A stretch of DNA of 54,802 nt from a virus (IMGVR_UViG_3300036766_002280:1-54802), one strand, 5' to 3'. Positions 29,773-38,955 are shown, counted from the stretch's first letter. Notes: generated by a model not told the origin, from the letters alone. Numbers and translations: made by a program.

Positions 29773-30546
29773 ATGCCAAATCTTCCGACAGTTGGAGGCG
29801 ATAATAACGTATGGGGAACTAAGCTGAATACATGGCTTAGTACGGACCATGATACTACAGCTTACCACAAGCCTAGGGTGATCGATAGAGAGCATTCCTT
29901 GGATGTTACGGTACTTCCAGGTGATGTAGTTTATTGGGATAGTACAGCACAAAATTACAAACAAGCTCTAGCAAGCGGAGCAGGTAATCAACCACAATTG
30001 GCGGTAGGGGTTGTATCTCAATCCGATCCTGCTGTTGTAACTATTGAAGGATTTACTGATACTACAGCTGTTTTAAATCAAGGTAGTGATTATTATTTAT
30101 CCAGTATTACGGCTGGAAGAATAACTCCAAATCGTCCTCTTACCAATATCGTAAGAATTGGGCATGCTGTGTCTTCCTCAGTTCTTCTTGTTAGAATGGC
30201 TTTTGAAGAAGATAGTTTGGATACTACTGTTGCATATCCTGTTAGAACGTTTAATACTACGTATCAACCTGATGCTAACTACCCTGTTGTGGTAACGTTA
30301 TCTACCCAGCATATTGCGACAGCAGTCGGCGGTGTATCGTACCTACAAGTATTAGCTGATACCACAAGCCCGCCTGTAACTGTAAGAGCAACTTCAGGAA
30401 CTACAGGGTTTCTTAATCCTGATTCTACCAATTACTACACTACAACCTTTTTGATAGGAAGAGCCAACTATTATAGAGTAAATTCAACTACAGTAGGAGG
30501 TACTGTTACTTCTGTGAACTGGAATGAGTCCTCATTAAAGGAGTGA
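29773..30546 (+). CDS. Putative tail/baseplate accessory structural protein
   Basis: N-terminal 'LPTVGGDNNVWGTKLN'; central 'PGDVVYW...AVGVV...GSDYYLS...IGHAVSSSVLLV' cement-like domain. Confidence 0.5.
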   Translation: MPNLPTVGGDNNVWGTKLNTWLSTDHDTTAYHKPRVIDREHSLDVTVLPGDVVYWDSTAQNYKQALASGAGNQPQLAVGVVSQSDPAVVTIEGFTDTTAVLNQGSDYYLSSITAGRITPNRPLTNIVRIGHAVSSSVLLVRMAFEEDSLDTTVAYPVRTFNTTYQPDANYPVVVTLSTQHIATAVGGVSYLQVLADTTSPPVTVRATSGTTGFLNPDSTNYYTTTFLIGRANYYRVNSTTVGGTVTSVNWNESSLKE

Positions 30547-30549
30547 TAG

Positions 30550-32580
30550 GTGCCTTCTAGTAGTTTATACGGTTCCGGTTTATACGGTGCTGGTATATAC
30601 GGTGGACAGCCAAGCAACTCTGTTTATATTCTTTCCTCTGTTTATCTAGCGCCAACAATTACAGAATCAAAATATATTCAAAGCACTGCTTTGATACAAG
30701 GAGTATCAAAGCAGTATATTCAATCAACGGCATTTTTAGAAGCTCATAAAGCTAAGTATTTACTGTCGTCTGTTTCACTTTGGCAGAAATCAAACTACAT
30801 AGCTTCTAGAGCATTTGTACAGACTACTTCTTATAGCTATATAGCTTCAAAGATACTTCTAACTGTAGAACTTTTACAGTATGAAGTTGATGAGTTTCAG
30901 GTAATTGTAGATAAACAATATGTTAAGTTTTATTGGAAGGATACATCCCCAGGAATTGGAAAGACTTATACTATTTATGATTCTTCCGATTCTGGAACGA
31001 CCTGGAATACAATTAATAGTACTACAAGCACAGAATATCAATTAAATAGTATTCCATTTGATATTCCGAGTAGAATTTATAAGATTACGATTACATCAGG
31101 ATCTAGGGTTAGTTATGGGTTTTTAAGTTACCCTACTTTTAGTTTTAGAAAGGTGTTGAATGCTCTTGACAATGGATATTGGGATACTGATCCAAATTCA
31201 AATGTTTATAAAATTCATCAAGGGATAACGAAGGAGACAAGTACAAGAGCTGAACTTGAAATAAGTTATACCAGGCAAGACGAAAGCATTCTTCGTATTA
31301 GAAATTCTCGTATAAGCGATGTCTACGGAGTAGCTTTTGATCAACAATCTTCTACGATTGATGAAGACTATAGAAGAAAAATTTGGAATTTGTTCGAAGG
31401 TTTTAGAAATTCCTTAACCTATACAGGTGCCTACGATGCTACAAAAGCCTTTACGCATATTCCACCAAGAATTAAAAAGTTATCTCAAGATGGATGGATT
31501 CTTGGTCGACGTTACTTAGGAAAAGATACGATTCCGTTATCTAATTTAACGGCTTTGTATGGAGTAAAATTTGAAGTTCATTTGTACAAACTGGCATCAG
31601 GAGGGGTCAGTACCACAGCAGATAGCACTACTACATTCGATGCCACTTCAATAAGTGGGGATAGTTTTAATCAGCTTACTAACTATTATAAAAACAAATA
31701 TCTAGTTTTCAATACAGGAAATAATGCTTATAAAAGCAGAAGAATAGCTTCTTATTCAGCCATTACTAGTTCCGTGAGTAGATTTGTAACAGATCCTTTT
31801 GTTTCTAATTCTACTTCTGGGGATACCTTTTTTGTTTCAGAGGCTTCAACTGATGTAATAGAAAAATATATTAAAGAGGTGATACCCCTTCATTCGTCTG
31901 CCATCTTTTTATATTTTTCTGATTATGCCACTGAGAATCAGAGCACTGGATTTACTGGTACTCTTAGCAATATTGAAAAAATTCCTTCTTCCAGATTAAG
32001 GGTTTTAAATATAAACAATACTGTGGATGATGAGGGGAAAAATGTTCAAGCTGTATACGAATCTGGTGTGACTTTATCAAGTGTTTATCCATTAAGTAGT
32101 TTTGGTGGAAATGGAGTTGTTTGTTGGGATTCTATTTTATGGGGAGAATCTCCTGCAGATTTTAGATTGTATGTTTCTTACGCTAGCGATCTTATGGCAC
32201 CAAACTGGACTTATCAATCAGGAGTTACCCAGTATGTACAATTAAATGGTTTGCAAGATGTTTCATTAGTTGAGTATATAAAAACTAATTCAGAAGTAGT
32301 TGCCGCTGCAGATACTACGGGCTTTAATTATATAAGAAATGTAGATTATGTTATGGATTATCGAAATGGAACAATTAGAAGAGCTGTAAACAGTGGCATA
32401 CCAACAGGACAAATTGTTTCTGTTCGCTATGATAGTGAGTGGGGTCAAATGGCTCAAAATCAATCCCTAGATTTTGGGGCGGGAAGAAATTATTTCAAAT
32501 ACAAATTTACAATTAATGGTTTATCAGACCGCGACGACTTCGAGTTCAGTGGTTTTTACATTAAAAAATTAGCGCCGTAG
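30550..32580 (+). CDS. Baseplate wedge/tail protein (gpI-like region plus Ig-like domains)
   Basis: GTG after AAGGAG; 'EDYRRKIWNLFEGF', 'IEKYIKEVIPLHS' gpI-like motifs; located between J and the fibre. Confidence 0.6.
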   Translation: MPSSSLYGSGLYGAGIYGGQPSNSVYILSSVYLAPTITESKYIQSTALIQGVSKQYIQSTAFLEAHKAKYLLSSVSLWQKSNYIASRAFVQTTSYSYIASKILLTVELLQYEVDEFQVIVDKQYVKFYWKDTSPGIGKTYTIYDSSDSGTTWNTINSTTSTEYQLNSIPFDIPSRIYKITITSGSRVSYGFLSYPTFSFRKVLNALDNGYWDTDPNSNVYKIHQGITKETSTRAELEISYTRQDESILRIRNSRISDVYGVAFDQQSSTIDEDYRRKIWNLFEGFRNSLTYTGAYDATKAFTHIPPRIKKLSQDGWILGRRYLGKDTIPLSNLTALYGVKFEVHLYKLASGGVSTTADSTTTFDATSISGDSFNQLTNYYKNKYLVFNTGNNAYKSRRIASYSAITSSVSRFVTDPFVSNSTSGDTFFVSEASTDVIEKYIKEVIPLHSSAIFLYFSDYATENQSTGFTGTLSNIEKIPSSRLRVLNINNTVDDEGKNVQAVYESGVTLSSVYPLSSFGGNGVVCWDSILWGESPADFRLYVSYASDLMAPNWTYQSGVTQYVQLNGLQDVSLVEYIKTNSEVVAAADTTGFNYIRNVDYVMDYRNGTIRRAVNSGIPTGQIVSVRYDSEWGQMAQNQSLDFGAGRNYFKYKFTINGLSDRDDFEFSGFYIKKLAP

Positions 32581-32594
32581 ATGGAGGATTTTAA

Positions 32595-34874
32595 ATGAAA
32601 AGAACTGAGTTTGCAAACCTTGTCCTTGTAGCTATGGAAGATCTCAACAACTTAGCACAGTATTATGTCCAAGCAATTAAAGAACGTTCAAACGCTGCGA
32701 CTACTGGAACAGATCCAACAGGGGTAACTACTCCTGCTTATAATGGAATTGTAAAGTCCTCAACTGATTTACTACTGACATCGATTTCTCCTAGTCCTAA
32801 TGTTACCATAACAACTGGAGCTGCTTATACTAGATTCGATCCTACTTCTGTAACTCAAAGTAGTAATCAGTATAATGGTGGGGAAAGAGTTGGTTTGGCA
32901 TCTTCTATTGCCGCACCAATTAAAAATACTTCAGGGCATAGCTATTTCTTTTTAGTATACGCAGAGTTACGTAAGAGTAAAAAGTATGATGAAAGTGGAG
33001 TAAATGCTTATTTTGTAGATAGACCAGAATCTTACCTAGTAGTTCAGATGACTGCAGCAGAAGCAACAGCTCTAGGATCCTATACAATCAATCCTACAGG
33101 AACAGTTACGGTTACCAATGTTGCGGCTCCCCATCTAGATTCAGTTTTAAGTAATGCTGAAAAAAGTGCCACTTTTAGTGGTTGGACTTACTTAAGTGGG
33201 GTATTTACTGTTACTAGTTTTACTGTTACTCAGTACAATTCTGTTTATTTAGGACATATGAATGCTACTGCTTATTCAGCTCCAAATGTTACTTACACAG
33301 TTGATGCTAGTTCTCAGGTTCTTGGATCTAGTACGTTTTCTAGACCACTTTTTTCTACTGTTGATCAGCTTCATAGAACTCAGTTAGGAAGAGGTACTTC
33401 TTCTACTACTAATCCTCATGGTATGCTTATTCAGGATCTTGGTAATTTAGATGATATAAGGGAACTTATTAGTTCTGGTATAATTCCTAAGTTTACTGGT
33501 TCATTAGCATGTGTTGTCAACGGAGTTTCAGGAAATGTTGTTATTACCAATTTATCTGGAATAGATTATTTGTTTATGGATGGAAAAAGGGTCACTACAG
33601 TAAGTCCTCTTACCATTGCTGTTTCTGGTATGACCGCAGGTATTAACTATGTTTACGTTCAAATACTAGGAACAGTTCAAACGCAAGGAACAGCACCATG
33701 GAACTATTACATAGGAAGCGTTGTTGCGGCAACTTCGGTTCCAAGTTCAAATGCTTTTGTGTTATGTTCAGTATATGTTTCAGGTGGTATTGCTTATGCC
33801 TATAATGGAGATACAAGATATGTTGCAGGTAGTACTACTAATCCAGTAACAGATCTAAGAGTGTTTGGAGTTGATGGATATGATTATCTTCACAGTACTT
33901 TGTATGAATCCATTAACAAAGAAAATATGATTCCAAACGGAAGTATGCAAGCAAGTGAAAGAGGAAAAATAAAAGGATGGGTAACAGGAGCAATATCTAC
34001 GTTACTTCCTGCAAGCGGAAGTACAGCTTTGTATGCTTCTGCTGTGGATGATAGTCTCTTATTTCCTTTTGATGCTAATATTGATTATGCTTTTCGTGTT
34101 AAGGTAAATACACGTCCAACTCCTTCCACAACTGGTGCTTCTACTTATACTATTAAGTTGTTATTATTTAGAGGAAAAGATCGATCAAAAGATCTAGTTG
34201 GTCAATATACTTTAGTTTCTGAAGTTGCTCAAACTCATTCTACTTGGTTTTCTCCCTCAGTTACTGATTTTTTATCAGGATCTGCTATATCGGCAAGTAG
34301 TCCACCAGCACCTGGTACTTTTGATCCAAACGTTGCAGATAGAAGTGCAATTGGCTGGGCATGTATTGAAATTACCCCTACTGTAGGGGTAATCAACCTT
34401 GTAGACATGATTCTACGTCCTAAGATGCAAACTAGTGATATAAGTAATCTTGCTGTTACTACAGCTAAAATTGCTAACGCAGCTGTAACAGAAACACAGT
34501 TAGCTACAAGCGTTGCTGGATATGCTTTAACAGGTGGCGGAGGAACTCCATTAAGTGTTGTCGCGGATGAATCTTCATTAACAGTTGATACTGTAGGAGA
34601 TTTAATTAAGATAAAACCAGCAGGTGTTACAACTTCTCATGTTAATACTTCTTCCGAAATTGGACGTGTTATTGTTAATGGAACTGTTATGCTGGATAGT
34701 GCTGGTGAAAATATAGGGTCAGCTCTTAGACTTGCATTTGGTGGGGTTACCTACTATGTTCCAGGATGGACCTCAGCCAATGGTTGTGGATGCACCTGTA
34801 CTTGTACAGGAAACTGTGGTTGCACTTGTACTTGTGCTGGGGATTGTGGATGCACTGGAACTTGGGGAAATTAA
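32595..34874 (+). CDS. Tail fibre-like protein with Cys-rich periodic C-terminal tail
   Basis: GGAGG RBS; follows the baseplate wedge genes. Fibre hallmarks 'TTNPHGM', CBM-like 'NMIPNGSMQ', 'VTTAKIANAAVTETQLA'. Ends CGCTCTCTGNCGCTCTCAGDCGCTGTWGN. Confidence 0.7.
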   Translation: MKRTEFANLVLVAMEDLNNLAQYYVQAIKERSNAATTGTDPTGVTTPAYNGIVKSSTDLLLTSISPSPNVTITTGAAYTRFDPTSVTQSSNQYNGGERVGLASSIAAPIKNTSGHSYFFLVYAELRKSKKYDESGVNAYFVDRPESYLVVQMTAAEATALGSYTINPTGTVTVTNVAAPHLDSVLSNAEKSATFSGWTYLSGVFTVTSFTVTQYNSVYLGHMNATAYSAPNVTYTVDASSQVLGSSTFSRPLFSTVDQLHRTQLGRGTSSTTNPHGMLIQDLGNLDDIRELISSGIIPKFTGSLACVVNGVSGNVVITNLSGIDYLFMDGKRVTTVSPLTIAVSGMTAGINYVYVQILGTVQTQGTAPWNYYIGSVVAATSVPSSNAFVLCSVYVSGGIAYAYNGDTRYVAGSTTNPVTDLRVFGVDGYDYLHSTLYESINKENMIPNGSMQASERGKIKGWVTGAISTLLPASGSTALYASAVDDSLLFPFDANIDYAFRVKVNTRPTPSTTGASTYTIKLLLFRGKDRSKDLVGQYTLVSEVAQTHSTWFSPSVTDFLSGSAISASSPPAPGTFDPNVADRSAIGWACIEITPTVGVINLVDMILRPKMQTSDISNLAVTTAKIANAAVTETQLATSVAGYALTGGGGTPLSVVADESSLTVDTVGDLIKIKPAGVTTSHVNTSSEIGRVIVNGTVMLDSAGENIGSALRLAFGGVTYYVPGWTSANGCGCTCTCTGNCGCTCTCAGDCGCTGTWGN
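34785..34874 (+). repeat. Cys-rich decapeptide repeat CGCTCTC(T/A)G(N/D) x2.3 (10 Cys in 29 residues)
   Basis: Direct translation of residues 731-759. Confidence 0.95.
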
Positions 34875-34875
34875 G

Positions 34876-35805
34876 ATGGAAATGATTCAGTTTGAAGTAA
34901 ATATGGCAAACACTTGTCCCATGCAGTGCCACAATTGCTTGATGTCTAAGTACAGACCTGCTCAAGATATTATGGCAGAAGTTATTGCTGCCGTAGATAA
35001 AGAGTTTCCTGTATTCACGTGGATTACTGGCGGAGAACCAAGTCTATTTCCAGATAAAATCGAACTGTATCTTAAAAATGGTAATATTTGTCAGATGCCT
35101 AGTGCTGGAGTATACAATGAAGACCAACTGGTTGGACTATTGGAAAAGTATCCAAACTTTAGACGAATAAATGTTTCAATTCTAGGAACGCAGGAGTATG
35201 AAAAAGAATTTAGAAAAGTGGATAAGAATTACAAACGAAATTGGATGTGGAAAGTTGGAAGGGATCGTTTAATGATCATGTTTGTAATCTTTAAAGAGTC
35301 TGTAGACAAAGAACAGATTTATAAAAATATAGATTATGTATTTAAACATTACCATTATTTTCCGATAATGATTTACTATGATAGATATTCAGAGCATGAC
35401 CCATCTGGAATAGATGCCTTCGATCAAGAAGAATTGATTGAGTATGGTCATTATATCAAAGACAAACAGCTGTACTACAACTGCGAAGTTCAAATTTATC
35501 CAGTGAGGGTACTTAGACCAACCGTGTTTGCAAGTGGATCCAACCTAATGTTCTATCATGGTAAAATATCACATTCAATTCCTGCTGAAGAAGTGTTGAA
35601 AGATCCTGCAGGATTTGTTCATACTCTAATGTCCAGTCATTATCTTAATTCAATTGATACTTCAAAAAATTGCGATGTTCATAAACAGTATCAATGTGGT
35701 GGTCCATTTTGTAGGCTAGGATATAAACAAGATTGTAGAAATTATTGGTCTCAGTTTATTATTCCTTCCAGAGAAATAAAAACAAGATCTTTTTCTTTGA
35801 AATAA
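34876..35805 (+). CDS. Radical SAM protein A with C-terminal SPASM/twitch-like Cys cluster
   Basis: CxxxCxxC 'TCPMQCHNC'; 'ITGGEPS'; C-terminal 'CDVHKQYQCGGPFC...DC'. ATG 34876 lies 1 nt after the fibre stop; the ORF-track start at 34732 overlaps the fibre. Confidence 0.9.
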   Translation: MEMIQFEVNMANTCPMQCHNCLMSKYRPAQDIMAEVIAAVDKEFPVFTWITGGEPSLFPDKIELYLKNGNICQMPSAGVYNEDQLVGLLEKYPNFRRINVSILGTQEYEKEFRKVDKNYKRNWMWKVGRDRLMIMFVIFKESVDKEQIYKNIDYVFKHYHYFPIMIYYDRYSEHDPSGIDAFDQEELIEYGHYIKDKQLYYNCEVQIYPVRVLRPTVFASGSNLMFYHGKISHSIPAEEVLKDPAGFVHTLMSSHYLNSIDTSKNCDVHKQYQCGGPFCRLGYKQDCRNYWSQFIIPSREIKTRSFSLK

Positions 35806-35816
35806 ATGGAGGAAGT

Positions 35817-36125
35817 ATGGCATTAAGTCAATCAGTACAGCAGGTAGGTATTATAATTGATAGATATTTTTTAAAGGACGTTCCACTGTCAAGTGTTGAT
35901 ACTGCCTTAGTTGGAATGACCGTTACAGATATGGTGGGATTTTTTGATCAGCATGGAAGCACGATTATGCCTCAAAGAGTATTTTCACTTCTTCTTAGAG
36001 GTTTGTCCAGAGCAAATCCAACTTATAAGGTTTGGTTTTTGAGTTCAGAATACATTCAGGCAATTCTAGCTAATACTGCTACTATAACTGAAGCATCTAA
36101 TATAATTCAGGAGTTGATACTATGA
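35817..36125 (+). CDS. Hypothetical protein (102 aa) in the radical SAM cassette
   Basis: ATG at 35817 after GGAGG. Confidence 0.6.
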   Translation: MALSQSVQQVGIIIDRYFLKDVPLSSVDTALVGMTVTDMVGFFDQHGSTIMPQRVFSLLLRGLSRANPTYKVWFLSSEYIQAILANTATITEASNIIQELIL

Positions 36126-36547
36126 ATATAAAGTTGATAGAGTTTGCCGTTACGGATCCACTGCCTACGAATTTTCCTGTTTATGGATCAGTTGGATTTG
36201 TGGACTACTTAAGGGATGCTTCTCTTTTTGCTGCAGGGGATGCTATTTATTGTCCAGTACGAGCATCCTTAGGAAGAGGCATTCGGGAGTTGTATGTAAA
36301 TTTTAATGCTCAGTTATTTAATTATACGGTAAGTGCCTTTAGTAGTGTTATTCTGAATCATTTGTGGGGATCTCCAACTCAATTTAAAAATGATCTAACT
36401 CAATTAATTTCAGTTAATCTAAATTTTGTTTTGATTTTGGCAGGTTCTCTGGAAGATTTTGATTTAGTAAGACAGCTTGGAGCTGGATCGTTTTATACAG
36501 TTGTGGTAACATACGATGCAGGGTTAGATAATCTTAAAGTTGTGTAG
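36122..36547 (+). CDS. Hypothetical protein (141 aa) in the radical SAM cassette
   Basis: ATGA-coupled to the previous gene. Confidence 0.6.
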   Translation: MNIKLIEFAVTDPLPTNFPVYGSVGFVDYLRDASLFAAGDAIYCPVRASLGRGIRELYVNFNAQLFNYTVSAFSSVILNHLWGSPTQFKNDLTQLISVNLNFVLILAGSLEDFDLVRQLGAGSFYTVVVTYDAGLDNLKVV

Positions 36548-36557
36548 ACAAATAATC

Positions 36558-36611
36558 GAATTATAACCCCTTAGTGAGAACCCTCTTGAGTCTTTAACTC
36601 AGGGGTAGTTC
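36558..36611 (+). repeat. 54-bp dispersed repeat, copy 2 (IS200/IS605-end-like hairpin ending GGGGTAGTTCA), just upstream of the AAGGAG RBS of radical SAM B
   Basis: 48/54 identical to 26388..26441. Confidence 0.8.
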
Positions 36612-36625
36612 AAGGAGATAAGATA

Positions 36626-38017
36626 ATGCAAGTGCAATCATCAGCGTATATTCATGGAAAATTAGGAAATACCTCATCGTTTGTAGTCTACTATCCAAAT
36701 ACGAATGTCTACGAGATTGCTAACGATTTACCGGGCATTTCTTTCGATTTTGGGGATAAATACCAACACCTCATTTGGAAACTTTTCAAGTTATCTAGAA
36801 CCCTTCAAATCTACAATGAAACTTTTGAAACAGACAGAAACTATACCCTGTTTATTGAACCGTACGGAACTTGTAATCTGAAATGTTCTTACTGCTATGA
36901 AAAAGATAGTTGGTTCAATAAAAATAAGTTGGAGTATGATCGTATTGTCGAGGTCATCGGACTTTACAAAGTGAAAGATATTCGAATCTTTGGTGGAGAA
37001 CCATTCCTTGATGAGCAAATGATTTTGAGGCTGTTCAAAGAGTATCCAGATATGGAGTACCATGTTTCTTCCAATGGCATTCCTATCACAGAAAGAATTG
37101 TTGAAGCTCTGAATGAGGTACAATGCAATTTGCAATTGAGTCTTGAACCAGAAGAATGGAAGCAGAGAGTTAACTACGTTGAAACGACTCAGATGGAATT
37201 GCTTGAGCCAAAATGGAAGATAATAAGAAAATATAGAGGAAGACTTTCTGTCCGGGTTACTATTCCCTGTGATATGGATATTCCGTATGTATCTTTTATT
37301 GATTTTGTGGATAGAATTGCGGAGAAGAAAGGCGATTACAATTTTTCTTTGTCGCTTTGGCCTTCAGCAGGACAAAAACTTCCAGTGTGGTTTGATAAAG
37401 TGTTGGAAGAAGGCCAGATAATTTTGGACGATCCAGAACTTAGAAAGAAAATGTATGATAAATTTGTTTGGACTTCTTATATTAGCAGGTTCAAAGAATT
37501 CACCAGATTTCCTTGGTACATGGCAAATTGTAATGCAGGCAGTAGTTCAATCAGCTTGGCTCCAAGTGGAATGCTATATGGTTGCCACGAAGACGCAGTC
37601 ATTGAGAACGAGGCATCTTTAATTGGAGCAAAAACTGTTGACCCTGATAAACAATTCAAAGTGATTAGCGAGTATATAAGAGCAGCGAATACAAAAAAAG
37701 AATGTCCAACGTGCGATGCCCGGTATATGTGTGGCGGTATTTGCTATACAAAAGAAATTGATAGTGCTTGCGACTATTCCAGAAAGATAATGCCCTTACT
37801 GATGAGGTGGATGCCTTTGGCTGTATCCAGGCAGTTACCAAGTTGGGAAGGAAAAACAAAGGAATTTGAGACTTTTATTAAAATGAATATGACTGAGTTG
37901 GATTTGTTCTTTCAGGAGGAAGTATGGAATCAGTATTGTTGTGGGGAGCTACCAAAGGAAAAGGTTCTGGAGTTGGGGAAAGTGTTGCAAAGTCTCTTAT
38001 CGCAAAAGACAAGTTAG
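36626..38017 (+). CDS. Radical SAM/SPASM protein B (peptide-maturase/anSME-like) with N-terminal extension
   Basis: 'TCNLKCSYCY', 'IFGGEPFL', SPASM motifs 'CNAGSSSISLAPSGMLYGCH' and 'CPTCDARYMCGGIC...AC'. Confidence 0.92.
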   Translation: MQVQSSAYIHGKLGNTSSFVVYYPNTNVYEIANDLPGISFDFGDKYQHLIWKLFKLSRTLQIYNETFETDRNYTLFIEPYGTCNLKCSYCYEKDSWFNKNKLEYDRIVEVIGLYKVKDIRIFGGEPFLDEQMILRLFKEYPDMEYHVSSNGIPITERIVEALNEVQCNLQLSLEPEEWKQRVNYVETTQMELLEPKWKIIRKYRGRLSVRVTIPCDMDIPYVSFIDFVDRIAEKKGDYNFSLSLWPSAGQKLPVWFDKVLEEGQIILDDPELRKKMYDKFVWTSYISRFKEFTRFPWYMANCNAGSSSISLAPSGMLYGCHEDAVIENEASLIGAKTVDPDKQFKVISEYIRAANTKKECPTCDARYMCGGICYTKEIDSACDYSRKIMPLLMRWMPLAVSRQLPSWEGKTKEFETFIKMNMTELDLFFQEEVWNQYCCGELPKEKVLELGKVLQSLLSQKTS

Positions 38018-38556
38018 TAATCCTTGCAGGTAGAAACGAGCAAAAATTATTAAAACTTAGTTCTGAAGTTGGTTATCCCGCTGATAGCCAATATACATTC
38101 GTTTCTGGTTATCCATTAGATCCGATTCTGTATCAAAACATACTGGAAAAGCACAATATTAGAACAGTAATAAGTTTTATTGGAGTAGGCTACGCAGAGG
38201 CACTTCCATTCCTCGATGATACTTTGATTGCCGATATGGTTCAAAGTAATTTTTTGGTAAATCTTGACATTATTAAAAAATCAATTATCCCGTTGAAACG
38301 AAGGCATAGTACAATTATTATTGCAAATTCTATTGTTGGAATGCTTCCTCATGAGGGATCTTCCGTCTATACAGCGAGTAAATTTGCACTAAGAGGACTG
38401 ATTGAAAGCGCTAGAATCGAGCTAAGAGAATTTAACGTAGGTTTATGTAGTCTATATTTTCAAAACGTCAAAAGAGCAGGAATGGATTCTCTGGTTGATT
38501 GTATTTTAACCGCTAGTAAGAACGCTCCTTTGAACTTCGATTTTGTAATTAGCTAG
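37924..38556 (+). CDS. Short-chain dehydrogenase/reductase (SDR)
   Basis: Gly-rich 'GATKGKGSGVG', 'VILAGRN', catalytic 'YTASKFAL' (YxxxK); overlaps radical SAM B by 94 bp. Confidence 0.85.
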   Translation: MESVLLWGATKGKGSGVGESVAKSLIAKDKLVILAGRNEQKLLKLSSEVGYPADSQYTFVSGYPLDPILYQNILEKHNIRTVISFIGVGYAEALPFLDDTLIADMVQSNFLVNLDIIKKSIIPLKRRHSTIIIANSIVGMLPHEGSSVYTASKFALRGLIESARIELREFNVGLCSLYFQNVKRAGMDSLVDCILTASKNAPLNFDFVIS

Positions 38557-38567
38557 TGGAGAATTCT

Positions 38568-38879
38568 ATGTCCTATCAGTCAGAAAATAAAACTAAAACA
38601 GATTTTATTACTGTTTTATCTACGGGAATGATAGGTAAAGATGCAAAAGATTTTACGCAGGATGCCTTTAATTACGCGAAAATGGATCAAATCATTCTCG
38701 ATAAATGGGTATCCACTGATCCAGTTTTTGCTGAAGTTTACCAAGAAGTAAGAAAACAAACTGGTTCTGTAATAGGAAGAACCTTACAACAACACATGGT
38801 TTACGTCAACGGGCTTCGTAATCGTCTTCTGAACAGACCTGATATAATCGATGTTTCCTTCTCAATAATAAAAGAATAA
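38568..38879 (+). CDS. Hypothetical protein
   Basis: ATG 38568 after GGAG (ORF track uses GTG 38556). Confidence 0.5.
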   Translation: MSYQSENKTKTDFITVLSTGMIGKDAKDFTQDAFNYAKMDQIILDKWVSTDPVFAEVYQEVRKQTGSVIGRTLQQHMVYVNGLRNRLLNRPDIIDVSFSIIKE

Positions 38880-38908
38880 ATCAAAATACGGTACTACTAA
38901 AATTTATT

Positions 38909-38938
38909 CTTGATTTTGTATTCAAAATATTATAATAT
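38909..38938 (+). promoter_or_regulatory. Conserved phage promoter motif CTTGATTTT...TATTATAATAT (copy 1)
   Basis: Same two blocks recur at 41623, 46536 and 54609, each intergenic and upstream of a gene. Confidence 0.65.
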
Positions 38939-38955
38939 AATTAGGAGCTAATTTA

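Noticed and set aside
14315-34874. Interpretation as an extracellular contractile injection system or tailocin
   Set aside because: Long tape measure with a G/GT chaperone, neck genes, DNA ligase, tRNA, homing endonucleases and phage-type early genes indicate a phage genome; no eCIS AAA+ ATPase or toxin cargo was seen.
34732-34875. N-terminal 48-aa extension of radical SAM A, as given in the ORF track
   Set aside because: It is only the alternative frame of the Cys-rich fibre tail; ATG 34876 sits directly after the fibre stop and just before the CxxxCxxC motif.
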